A stretch of DNA of 51,148 nucleotides from an uncultured Candidatus Saccharibacteria bacterium (GCA_964367145.1 CAYIWJ010000004.1:1-51148); one strand, 5' to 3'; positions 17,743 to 28,617 are shown, counted from the stretch's first letter. Made by a program: numbers and translations. Notes: generated by a model not told the origin, from the sequence alone.

Positions 17743-17747
17743 AAGCG

Positions 17748-18170
17748 CTATCTAACTTCAATCCCCATATTTCTCGCCGTACCGGCGATAATCTTCTCCG
17801 CCGCCTCCAAATTGGTCGTATTCAAATCTATCATCTTCTTCTCAGCGATTTCGCGAACTTGCGCTTTGGTTACGGTTCCAACCTTCTTCTTGTTTGGCTC
17901 ACCGGATCCCTTTTCAATTCCCGCCGCCTTTTTTAAGAGCGAAGACGCTGGAGGAGTTTTAAGTTTAAAAGTAAAACTACGATCATCGTAAATAGTAATT
18001 TCCGCCGGCACCACATCCCCCATCATATCTTTAGTGGCTTCGTTAAATTTCTTGCAAAAATCGGCAATGTTAATGCCGTGTGGACCCAAGGCCGTTCCCA
18101 CCGGCGGCGCCGGGTTGGCTTTGCCAGCTTCCAGTTGCAGTTTTAATACTGTTTTAATTGGTTTGGCCAT
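17748..18170 (-). CDS. rplK: 50S ribosomal protein L11
   Basis: [28 protein letters not shown]. Confidence 0.98.
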   Translation of the reverse strand: MAKPIKTVLKLQLEAGKANPAPPVGTALGPHGINIADFCKKFNEATKDMMGDVVPAEITIYDDRSFTFKLKTPPASSLLKKAAGIEKGSGEPNKKKVGTVTKAQVREIAEKKMIDLNTTNLEAAEKIIAGTARNMGIEVR

Positions 18171-18213
18171 AATAAATTACAATAGCGACACTAATTACGA
18201 ATGACACACTAAT

Positions 18214-18612
18214 CTACGAATAATTAACTACATTAATCACTCTTTTGGGACGCAAATAAGTGTTCCGAAAGTTTACTATAAGTCCCAATTTAAGTCCACT
18301 ACCAGTCAGATAACGCAACATCTGATAATAATCCTCTTTGGTGATGAATTTCTTAGCCTTAAGATCAATGATGATTTTATCCTCTACTAAAAAATCAACA
18401 AAACTACCCTTCATTTCTTTTCCCAAAGTTTCCAGATTATATTCACGCAAAAAAGGGATTTTATGGGCCACAAAAAACCTCTCTAAAGCATCGGCATACT
18501 GCCGTTCACTACAAAAACGGCCTAAATCATTATGAACCTTATAACACAGCCCCGTAATTCGATAGGATATATCCGGATATAAAAGGCCAATTTTTCCACC
18601 CATTCGTGTCAT
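18214..18612 (-). CDS. GxxExxY family protein (PD-(D/E)XK-like)
   Basis: VHNDLGRFCSERQY, VDFLVEDKIIIDLKA, QMLRYL, LGLIVNF; start could be 18603. Confidence 0.88.
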   Translation of the reverse strand: MTRMGGKIGLLYPDISYRITGLCYKVHNDLGRFCSERQYADALERFFVAHKIPFLREYNLETLGKEMKGSFVDFLVEDKIIIDLKAKKFITKEDYYQMLRYLTGSGLKLGLIVNFRNTYLRPKRVINVVNYS

Positions 18613-18619
18613 TGGCGTG

Positions 18620-18635
18620 TCCGCCAGCCGGCGGA
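18620..18635. repeat. REP-like palindrome
   Basis: TCCGCCAGCCGGCGGA hairpin; related to 50948-50977. Confidence 0.55.
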
Positions 18636-18654
18636 TTGATAGATTGGTGTCGCC

Positions 18655-19221
18655 TCACAATTTCTGAACTTGCAGAGAGTCCAATTCCACCACCGTATCC
18701 CTCCCAAAAATTGGCACCAAAACCTTGACCTTGCCTTTTTCCTCGTCAATACCCGAAACCTTGGCATCGTAATCCTTAAACGGACCATCGGTAATTTTAA
18801 TCAACTCACCAACCTGAAGATCAATCTTGAACTTGGTCTCCTGATTTCCCATGCGCGACATTAAAAGATCTATCTCGGGTTTGGAAAGCGGCACCGGAGT
18901 CGTACTGTCCGATCCCACAAAGCCGGTTACTCGCGGGGTATTACGCACCACATACCAAGAATCATCGGTCAGCGTCATATCCACCAAAACATACCCGGGG
19001 TAAATCTTCTCCGAGACCTCTCGCCGCTTGCCATTTTTAATCTTCACCTTCTTTTCCAAAGGAACAATAATGTTAAAAATCTTATCGTTCATGCCAAGCG
19101 AGTCCACGCGCTGGCGCAAGTAGCGAACTACCGCGTCTTCGTAGCCGGAATAGGTATGAATCGCGTACCAGTGTCGCTCATTGTTTCCCGCCGAAAGTTT
19201 TTGTGTTGACTTTGATTCCAT
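18655..19221 (-). CDS. nusG: Transcription factor NusG
   Basis: WYAIHTYSGYE, YPGYVLV, VRNTPRVTGFVG, KOW domain. Confidence 0.98.
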   Translation of the reverse strand: MESKSTQKLSAGNNERHWYAIHTYSGYEDAVVRYLRQRVDSLGMNDKIFNIIVPLEKKVKIKNGKRREVSEKIYPGYVLVDMTLTDDSWYVVRNTPRVTGFVGSDSTTPVPLSKPEIDLLMSRMGNQETKFKIDLQVGELIKITDGPFKDYDAKVSGIDEEKGKVKVLVPIFGRDTVVELDSLQVQKL

Positions 19222-19225
19222 ATAA

Positions 19226-19414
19226 TTAACTCAAAAAGAAAACCTGCAATAAGTAGGTAAAAATAAAATCCAAGACCCCCAAAAACAGCGCCGTCGCCAG
19301 CGAAAAAGTAATAACCACGAGCGTCAGTCGCCGCGTCTCAACCCAATTCGGCCAGTTCACCCGTCGAAACTCTTGTTTGGAAGATTCCCAGAAAAGCTTT
19401 AGACGATTAGTCAT
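19226..19414 (-). CDS. secE: Preprotein translocase SecE
   Basis: EFRRVNWP motif plus TM helix; upstream of nusG. Confidence 0.93.
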   Translation of the reverse strand: MTNRLKLFWESSKQEFRRVNWPNWVETRRLTLVVITFSLATALFLGVLDFIFTYLLQVFFLS

Positions 19415-19479
19415 AAATGAACAATTTAAAGAATAAAAATGAGTATATCAAGAAAACAAAAGTCGGTCAACAAAAAACC

Positions 19480-21552
<2,073 letters not shown>

Positions 21553-21618
21553 CTAAAAAATTAGCCCGAAACACTCCAATAGTATAACAAAAATAGATCG
21601 CTAAAGCAAAGCAATTAC

Positions 21619-22842
21619 CTACCTAATCACTGCCCCTAATTCCTTCCTTAAAAATTCTTCCACCGCCGCGTGAATTTTCCCAACCTCCTCATTAGTTAAA
21701 GTCCTTTCAAACGAACGATAAATCGTACGGAAGGTATAACTCTTATTCCCCACCCCCAGCTTCGCCTCATTCTCATACTCATCAATCAGCTTCACCTCTT
21801 CCACCAAATTACCGCCAAGCTCACGGACAACTTCATAAAACCGATTTGGCACCACGGCTTTGGGAACGATAAAAGAAATATCGCGAATAATCTCTGGATA
21901 GCGACTAACCTGCGTGTAAACACTTTCAATGTTTGTAAATTGCGCCGTAATTCGCGGATCGGTTGACCACAAAATGCGAATATCCGGAATCTGCATCTTT
22001 TGCATGGCCAGCCTCTCCACCCCAAAACCAAAAGCCCCCCCCCCGTAAATCGCCGGATCAATCCCAAGTTTGGCCAAAGTGCTTCCCCGCGCCATTCCCG
22101 CGCCCAAAATCTCCAACCAATCATCGCCGAATTTCACCTCCATTTGCGTGCTCGGATCAGTATATGGAAAAGCATCCGGCAAAAACCGCGTAACCGCCTT
22201 TGCGCCAAAAACCGCTCCGACTATTGAGGTCAGAACATTCTGCAAATCCTCCAAAGTCAAAACCTTCTGGCTTTTCTTGACCAGATACAACCCATCAATC
22301 TGATGAAAAACCGAAAAATGTTTACGATCAATTTCGTCCTTGCGATAAACCTTGCCGTAGGAAAGAAGTCCCATAAAGCCGCGCGATTCCAGTTTTTTAA
22401 TTGTCGCCGGATTCTTTAGGTGATACATCCACATTGACGTCGTCTGCGTGCGCAACATTCGCCCGGGAGTCAAAAAATAACTATCTGTTTCACGCCTAGT
22501 TGGATGATCCGCGGGAAAATCAAACAAATCAAAATTATTCGCCGGACTAATGGTTTCGGGAATGCTCACTACGTCAAAACCTCGTAAATCGGGCACAGTC
22601 AAAATCTTATCTATCACCAACTTGACCGGCGAATTTTTGGTCCGGGTTAAATCCGGCAAAGCCAAAAGCCGCTGTAAGCGTTGCGCCTCAAAATCATTTC
22701 TCTTCTGCAATTCCAAGAGCAAACCATCTTCTTCCGGATCAGCGTAAGTGATCATCTCTCCGCCCGTCAAAGCTGGACTCGTCGCAACCTCAATTTTGAA
22801 TGGATAACTCTCCCTCGGGTTTATTTTCATAGTTTGTGCCAT
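21619..22842 (-). CDS. pheS: Phenylalanine--tRNA ligase, catalytic domain fused to FDX-ACB anticodon-binding domain
   Basis: DHPTR, LRTQTTS, GKVYRKDEIDRKH..FHQIDG, FPYTDPS, AFGFGVERLAM; C-terminal RDISF...YRSFERTLTNEEV. Confidence 0.9.
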   Translation of the reverse strand: MAQTMKINPRESYPFKIEVATSPALTGGEMITYADPEEDGLLLELQKRNDFEAQRLQRLLALPDLTRTKNSPVKLVIDKILTVPDLRGFDVVSIPETISPANNFDLFDFPADHPTRRETDSYFLTPGRMLRTQTTSMWMYHLKNPATIKKLESRGFMGLLSYGKVYRKDEIDRKHFSVFHQIDGLYLVKKSQKVLTLEDLQNVLTSIVGAVFGAKAVTRFLPDAFPYTDPSTQMEVKFGDDWLEILGAGMARGSTLAKLGIDPAIYGGGAFGFGVERLAMQKMQIPDIRILWSTDPRITAQFTNIESVYTQVSRYPEIIRDISFIVPKAVVPNRFYEVVRELGGNLVEEVKLIDEYENEAKLGVGNKSYTFRTIYRSFERTLTNEEVGKIHAAVEEFLRKELGAVIR

Positions 22843-22908
22843 AAACCAATATACCTAAAACCTATCAAATAAGACGACAAAACAAAAGTTTCGCAATAAA
22901 AAACAAAT

Positions 22909-23211
22909 TCAACGCCCCGCCCACTTAATCCGCCTCGCTTCTTCTTCTATAATCGGTCCTTCATATTCTCCGTTATGCGCCGAGCTTCCCTCATAAGTCG
23001 GCTGTTTTTGATCCAAATGCAAGTTAACCATCCAGCCTTCTGCAACCTCGTCTACATAAACATGAAATCTGGGAAAGGGTCGGCCGGTGGCACTCCGCAC
23101 AAAAGACAATTCACCGCTTATCCGTTTAACCTCCGGATGATAACCCGATTGGCGTAAAATCAGATTTATATTTTTCGGCTTCTGAATAGACGACGGGATT
23201 AAAAATTTCAT
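22909..23211 (-). CDS. Hypothetical protein
   Basis: 100-aa ORF, FPRFHVY...NLHLDQK...HNGEYEG; TGG-TATAAT upstream. Confidence 0.75.
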   Translation of the reverse strand: MKFLIPSSIQKPKNINLILRQSGYHPEVKRISGELSFVRSATGRPFPRFHVYVDEVAEGWMVNLHLDQKQPTYEGSSAHNGEYEGPIIEEEARRIKWAGR

Positions 23212-23288
23212 AAGTGGCGCGACGTCTAATTATACCAAAAAATCAGAGCTAAAAAAATGCCCACCTAAGGTGGGCTAAGCAAAAACCA

Positions 23289-23648
23289 TCAGACATTATG
23301 AATGTTAAAGTCACCTCTACAAAACAGCGCAAGCCAAGAAAAAATGCAAACCGGAGAAGTGATGCCAAGAAGAAGGCAGGCAAAATGCCTTAATAGCATT
23401 TTTGGGGACAAAGCAAACGTCAGCCCCAAAATATAAGCCATACTCAAATACGCGCAAAAACCCAGCGAGAGACTGGCGAAAAAGCCAAAAAGCAGGAATC
23501 CATTAACCGGCCTATCAAGGAACAACTTAAAAAGCGGTAAGTAGGCTACACACAACACAGTCAAGATCAAAAGGCTCGTCAACCACTGATCTTTCAGCCA
23601 CTTGCCGATGACGCGCAACTTCGCACTCAAAAAGGCCATCTGCCGCAT
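23289..23648 (-). CDS. Hypothetical membrane protein
   Basis: Three hydrophobic segments; GGAGGT SD before ATG 23648; terminator at ~23251-23276. Confidence 0.6.
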   Translation of the reverse strand: MRQMAFLSAKLRVIGKWLKDQWLTSLLILTVLCVAYLPLFKLFLDRPVNGFLLFGFFASLSLGFCAYLSMAYILGLTFALSPKMLLRHFACLLLGITSPVCIFSWLALFCRGDFNIHNV

Positions 23649-23816
23649 ACAAACCTCCAATCATGAAAAAGGACTCCCCCGATAATAAACCCTTGCCACC
23701 AAAAGTCAAACTCTTATGCACATCTTCCATTGGTGAATTCTGGTCAAAAACCAATAAAAATTTTCCTTAAAAATAAAAGAGGGTTGGTTTCCCAACCCTC
23801 CGTGCGAACTTACTAC

Positions 23817-24452
23817 CTACTTGGTAACGAGCCATGCCCGCGACCAGATTCGGTAAACTTGATGATAGCCATTCTCCAACATGAAGCCGAAAGCCAACTC
23901 CTCGCAAGCGAAGTCGCCATCACCGCCAAACTTGCCACCGAGTCCCTTGTCATCCATCCACGATATACCCCAACGCCTCCGCTCCTGCTCGACGAACAAC
24001 CAAAGTGCTTCCACAATAGTCAACTTCTGTTGGGGAAACTTCTCGTACTCGGCATCTGTAAGCGCACCGAACATAAAGCGAAGCCCGAACTTCGAGACGA
24101 CACGCATCTGCACAAGGTAACCATCATTGCCGGGTTGCTTGGATTCTGCGGTAAACACCGCGAAGTCCTTCGACAACTCGTGAACTTTCATGATGCGCAT
24201 GAAGGCCATGAAGTCCGCCCTCGTCACGTCGTTGCCGAAGTAGATGACTCCGCCACATGCTTCTTGCGACGGCGCGCTCGTGAACGGGTTGCTTCCCTTG
24301 TGGTCTTGGTATCCGTAGACACCATTGCCGTAGGGAACGGACTTCGTTAAATCACCAGGCTGAACGCTGAGCTTGTGGTCGGGCCAAATGGACGACGAAA
24401 CACGAACCTTGTTGCCCAGATCGAAAACAATCCTTGTCGGCTCTGTCTGCAT
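23817..24452 (-). CDS. Hypothetical protein, probably horizontally acquired
   Basis: AAGGAG SD; codon style differs from core genes; terminator at ~23773-23800. Confidence 0.7.
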   Translation of the reverse strand: MQTEPTRIVFDLGNKVRVSSSIWPDHKLSVQPGDLTKSVPYGNGVYGYQDHKGSNPFTSAPSQEACGGVIYFGNDVTRADFMAFMRIMKVHELSKDFAVFTAESKQPGNDGYLVQMRVVSKFGLRFMFGALTDAEYEKFPQQKLTIVEALWLFVEQERRRWGISWMDDKGLGGKFGGDGDFACEELAFGFMLENGYHQVYRIWSRAWLVTK

Positions 24453-24617
24453 TGCCATCTCCTTTCGATTTTTAGTTTGGAAATGTACTACTTATCCAGC
24501 GATAAGGATATCGCATCATGCCATAAAAGTTGCAGGAACATCAAGCAACGGCGGCCCTCCTTAGATAGATTCCAATGATTAAAAAATTTCTTCCTCCGAA
24601 ATTAAAATCGCAAAATC

Positions 24618-24733
24618 TGGTGCTGGCGGCAGGGAATCTCACGCGCCTCGCTTTTCAAACCCCTCGGTTTGAATAATTCCGCCACGGGAAAACTTCCGTT
24701 TTCCCGACCCCTTTCCGGTTCGATTCCTGCCCC
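24618..24733 (-). mobile_element. tRNA-associated mini-element, copy 1
   Basis: Inverted T-arm copy, 65-bp core shared with 28448-28512, then a direct repeat of the tRNA 3' end with CCA. Confidence 0.75.
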
Positions 24734-24783
24734 AAAACATGAAAAACAAAACCAGATGGACAAGCTACCTAATTTTATTTTTG

Positions 24784-24855
24784 TGCTGGCGGCAGGGATC
24801 GAACCTGCGACCTTGGCCTTATGAAAGCCCTGCTCTACCACTGAGCTACGCCAGC
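24784..24855 (-). tRNA. tRNA with CAT anticodon (elongator Met, or Ile2)
   Basis: GCTGGCG acceptor stem paired at 1-72; loop TT CAT AA; GTTCGATC T-loop. Confidence 0.9.
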
Positions 24856-24925
24856 AAATTAAGCACAAAAACATCATATTAGATTTTTGCGAAACGCGCA
24901 AAAAAACCGGCTACAAAAAGCCGGT

Positions 24926-25849
24926 TTAACAACCCGAATCTTCGCCAGCAATCCAAAGGTAAAGCGCAGACACCTTGCGATCAAAATCCGAAACCTTAAC
25001 ATTCCGCAAATAACGTAAACCGATCGCCATCTGATAATGAAACGCCAATATCGCCCCAAGCAAGTGACCCGAATCGCTCGCGGCAAGCAATTGATCCAGA
25101 TATCGCATATCGGCAGGAGTCAGAGCGAGAATCGCTTCGCGTCCACCACTAATCGATTTTCGCGCCAGAACTTCATCCAAAAAACGACTAAATAATCCAT
25201 TGGTCCCCGCGTCAAAAATCAAAGTCTCCAACTCATACAATCCAACCTCCTCGCGTAACATTTGAGGATTGAGCTCAACTTGAGAAGTTGAACCATGCCA
25301 ATCAAAATTCGAGGCCAGATGTCCCAATTCGTGAAAAAATAAAGCCGCGGCCACCAATTGCGGATAATCTAAAGCGACAGCCACTACCGCCGGCCAATCC
25401 TGTCGGCAATAAAACCGATAGGCGTGTTCACCAACTAAGTCTCGCGGAATATAGCAAAACTCAATCGCTCCCGCCGATAACAAACTATTTTTCTCGCCGC
25501 TAAGCGAACATTCAGCCGAACCCCCGGCGATGGACACCATCGGCACAATTCGCGGTAAAAGTTCGGCGAGTTTCTGCGTTCGCGGCGAAACATCTCTAAA
25601 CCTTGATAGCGCGGCCAGAATCGCGCGATGACGAAAACGCAAACGTAAAATATCCTCATCAGAAAAAGAAGTCGGAGTCCGAGTAAGCCACCACTCGTCA
25701 CCACGCTTCGCTTGAATATAATCCGCGGCCAAGCTCGCCGGAGTCCGCGCGTCAGTCGTAAAAAGACGAATCCCGCAAAAAGCAACAAACCCTGAACCAA
25801 CCGACAAAATCAAAAACCACTTCGCGACGCGAGTTTTAAAAAACCTCAT
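24926..25849 (-). CDS. Exported hypothetical protein with HExxH motif (putative zinc metallopeptidase)
   Basis: N-terminal signal/TM; FFHELGH, downstream EEVGLYELE; AAGGAG SD. Confidence 0.6.
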   Translation of the reverse strand: MRFFKTRVAKWFLILSVGSGFVAFCGIRLFTTDARTPASLAADYIQAKRGDEWWLTRTPTSFSDEDILRLRFRHRAILAALSRFRDVSPRTQKLAELLPRIVPMVSIAGGSAECSLSGEKNSLLSAGAIEFCYIPRDLVGEHAYRFYCRQDWPAVVAVALDYPQLVAAALFFHELGHLASNFDWHGSTSQVELNPQMLREEVGLYELETLIFDAGTNGLFSRFLDEVLARKSISGGREAILALTPADMRYLDQLLAASDSGHLLGAILAFHYQMAIGLRYLRNVKVSDFDRKVSALYLWIAGEDSGC

Positions 25850-25937
25850 TCCAAAACTCCTTGGTAAAAATTTTAAAGTTCTAAGCCCAGCATACCGCCG
25901 ATCCAAAAAACCACCTGTGTAAAAAACTTATCCCGTG

Positions 25938-26011
25938 TTCCGGGGGCAGGATTTGAACCTGCGACCTTCTGGTTATGAGCCAGACGAGCTACCGGGCTGC
26001 TCTACCCCGGG
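25938..26011 (-). tRNA. Initiator tRNA-fMet(CAT), atypical
   Basis: C1:A72 mismatch; GAGCAGCCCGGTAGCTCG D-arm; CTCATAA loop; GTTCAAATC T-loop. Confidence 0.92.
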
Positions 26012-26067
26012 ATAAAAACACCGCCAAAAAAACCAAGCTTGGCGACAGCAAGGAGTATATCTTAATT

Positions 26068-26114
26068 TTGACATCATGTAAACGATATGGAAGAATGCAC
26101 GTGGCTCTTTCAAA
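26068..26114 (+). promoter_or_regulatory. Promoter plus boxA-like element
   Basis: TTGACA, 17-nt spacer, AAGAAT, then GCTCTTTCAAA. Confidence 0.55.
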
Positions 26115-26118
26115 ATGA

Positions 26119-26913
26119 ATGCGTACCATTCTCATCGGGAGTTACCGCATGCAAATTCAGGGAATGGAAAAGAACGGCCAGCTGTTGCTCACATTTGACA
26201 ATGTCAGCCCGAAAAAAGTCACTCGTCTGATGGTTCCGCTTTACGGTGGATCTCGTAATAATCGGCGAGGCAAGACTTTGCCGACCATGATGGAAATCGC
26301 CAGAATAGCCAATGGCGGTCTAATCGCGGCCTTTGACTTTCGAGGTATGAACCAAGGCGAAGATTTTTTGGAAAGCGGACTGCACACGCGGATTGAGGAT
26401 GCTCGCACCAACTTGGCTAAGCTCAAAAAAGAATATGCTCCCCCCGAAATCATAGTCGTCGCCGAAAGTATGGGCGGCTATATCGGGAGCCACTTGACCG
26501 ATCTCTTGGGCAAAGGCGACACCATGATTTTGGTGGCACCAGCCGCTTACGACAAAAAAGTCGTGACGGAAAAGATTCCTTTTGGCGCGCGATTCACAGA
26601 AGCCATTCGACGAGAAGGAAGCTGGCAAGAGTCAGATGCCTGGGACAACATGGCCAGATTCAACGGAAAATTGCTCGTTCTACAATGGGGCGCCGATGAG
26701 GTCGTCCCTCGCGAAATACCGCAAATGTATTTCGAAGCCGCCAAACAAGCGCAAGGAAAAACTTTAATCATGGCCCAGAACTTCACTCACAAGAGTATTT
26801 TTGGAACCCACGAAGACGCCGCCAATCCCAATACGCCCGAATTCGTCGCCCTGCGAGAAATCGCAGGTTGGCTCGAACGAATGAGATTAGCTCACCACTC
26901 AACCCGGCATTAA
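26119..26913 (+). CDS. Alpha/beta-fold hydrolase
   Basis: FDFRGM, AESMGG nucleophile elbow, WGADEVVP, C-terminal His. Confidence 0.85.
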   Translation: MRTILIGSYRMQIQGMEKNGQLLLTFDNVSPKKVTRLMVPLYGGSRNNRRGKTLPTMMEIARIANGGLIAAFDFRGMNQGEDFLESGLHTRIEDARTNLAKLKKEYAPPEIIVVAESMGGYIGSHLTDLLGKGDTMILVAPAAYDKKVVTEKIPFGARFTEAIRREGSWQESDAWDNMARFNGKLLVLQWGADEVVPREIPQMYFEAAKQAQGKTLIMAQNFTHKSIFGTHEDAANPNTPEFVALREIAGWLERMRLAHHSTRH

Positions 26914-26926
26914 GCCGGGTTTTTTA
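26901..26926 (+). terminator. Intrinsic terminator
   Basis: AACCCGGC-ATTAA-GCCGGGTT followed by a T-tract. Confidence 0.75.
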
Positions 26927-26987
26927 TCAAACAAATTCGCCAAAAACTACTTGCCCTTAACCGGCGAAAGTTTATACTCAAAAAAAC

Positions 26988-28304
26988 ATGAAAATCGCCA
27001 TCTTGGGCTTCGGCGCCGAAGGAAAATCAGCTCTGCGCTTTATTATGTCTCACCCAACCTATCGCGCGGCCGAAGTTTTTGTTCTTGACCGCAACCCCAA
27101 AACATCCGCCGGCATTCCGACAGCCGTGGCCAAAAAAATAAAACTGCGCGTCGGCAAAAACTATCTCGCCGATATTGCAAGCTATAATCTAATCATCCGC
27201 TCCCCTGGTATCCCGTTCAAAACTCCGGAGCTTCAAACTGCCGCAAAAAACACCTCCATTCTTACCAGCGCTACCAAAATATTTTTTGAAGAAATTAACC
27301 GGCAAAAACCTAAGCCACTTCTAATCGGCGTTAGTGGTACCAAGGGCAAAAGCACGACGAGCACGGCCATCTATCAAATTCTTAAACAAGCCGGCAAAAA
27401 AGTAGCGCTTGCCGGTAACATTGGGATTCCCATGCTGGATATCGTAAAAACCAAGCCGACTCCAGAAATAATCATTCTGGAACTCTCCAGCTTTCAACTA
27501 CAGGATCTCCAAACCTCGCCCGACATCGCGGTTTTCGTGGATATTTTTCCCGATCACTTAGACAGCCATCAAAGCCTCGGAGAATATTTCAAAGCCAAGT
27601 CAAACCTCACCGCTTTTCAATCCGCAAACCAACCAGTCTTCTTTTTCGCCGACAATAAAAATGTTGCGAAAATCTTAAAACATAGCCCGGCGGAACGCCA
27701 TCCGGTAATTCCCAGTGCCGACACTCCGCTAAAAAATCTAGACCTTGCCGCCGCAGTCTGTCGCTACCTAAAAATTTCAGAAATCGTGATCCAAGAAACA
27801 AACAAAAAATTCAAAGGCTTGGAGCACCGATTGGAACTTGTCCGCCAGATTAAAACCAAAACCGGCACCATTAAATTCATCAACGACTCGGCCGCCACCA
27901 ACCCGGGTAGCACCATTGCGGCAATTCGCGCCCAAGAAGAAGCAACCATTCTGCTCTTGGGTGGTAAAGATAAAAACCTCTCCTATGCCGAATTAGCCAA
28001 AGCCATCAATAAGTCTAAAGTCTGTAAAATTATTCTCTACGGCGAAAATCGGCAAAAAATAAACTCCGCTCTTACTCAAAAAAACATCGCGCAAAAAATA
28101 GTCAGCGTCAAAAACCTAAAATCAGCCTTTAGCGCGGCCTTAAAAGACGCGCCCAAAATCCTCGCCATCAACCCAAAACCAACCGAACTCTGCATTCTCT
28201 TCTCCCCCGCCTCCGCCAGTTTTGATCAATTCAACAATGCCAAAGAACGAGGGCAATACTTCAAAAAACTAGTCCGCGCGCTTAACCATAAGCACTTGGA
28301 ATAG
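26988..28304 (+). CDS. murD: UDP-MurNAc-L-Ala--D-glutamate ligase
   Basis: RSPGIP, GTKGKSTT, AGNIG, LELSSFQL, PDHLD, GLEHRLE, NDSAATN, SPASASFDQF. Confidence 0.96.
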   Translation: MKIAILGFGAEGKSALRFIMSHPTYRAAEVFVLDRNPKTSAGIPTAVAKKIKLRVGKNYLADIASYNLIIRSPGIPFKTPELQTAAKNTSILTSATKIFFEEINRQKPKPLLIGVSGTKGKSTTSTAIYQILKQAGKKVALAGNIGIPMLDIVKTKPTPEIIILELSSFQLQDLQTSPDIAVFVDIFPDHLDSHQSLGEYFKAKSNLTAFQSANQPVFFFADNKNVAKILKHSPAERHPVIPSADTPLKNLDLAAAVCRYLKISEIVIQETNKKFKGLEHRLELVRQIKTKTGTIKFINDSAATNPGSTIAAIRAQEEATILLLGGKDKNLSYAELAKAINKSKVCKIILYGENRQKINSALTQKNIAQKIVSVKNLKSAFSAALKDAPKILAINPKPTELCILFSPASASFDQFNNAKERGQYFKKLVRALNHKHLE

Positions 28305-28333
28305 CGAGCCGTTTGGTATAAGATGTTTCCATT

Positions 28334-28411
28334 GCGGACGTAGCTTAGCTGGTCCAAAGCGCTACCCTGTCACGGTAGAGATCGCCGGTTCAAATCCGGT
28401 CGTCCGCGCCA
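28334..28411 (+). tRNA. tRNA-Asp(GTC)
   Basis: Anticodon arm CTACC-CT GTC AC-GGTAG; G73; encoded CCA. Confidence 0.96.
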
Positions 28412-28437
28412 ACTTTGACATTCAATCCAAAAAAAAT

Positions 28438-28558
28438 GATTTGAACGGGAAAGGGGTCGGGAAAACGGGAGTTTTCCCGTGGCGGAATTATTCAAACCGA
28501 AGGGTTTGAAAACGCAGGCCGCAAAGCGGTCGAGTAGTGAAAATCCGGTCGTCCGCGC
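28438..28558 (+). mobile_element. tRNA-associated mini-element, copy 2
   Basis: GATTTGAAC (inverted T-arm), shared core, then AAATCCGGTCGTCCGCGC repeat of the tRNA-Asp 3' end. Confidence 0.75.
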
Positions 28559-28617
28559 AATTAGTTCGACAGAGCAAACAACAGTCTTTCAATCAAATAA
28601 AACTAAAAATTTAAAAC

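Noticed and set aside
23730-24350. 206-aa plus-strand ORF
   Set aside because: Antisense shadow of the 23817-24452 gene, which has an SD and a terminator.
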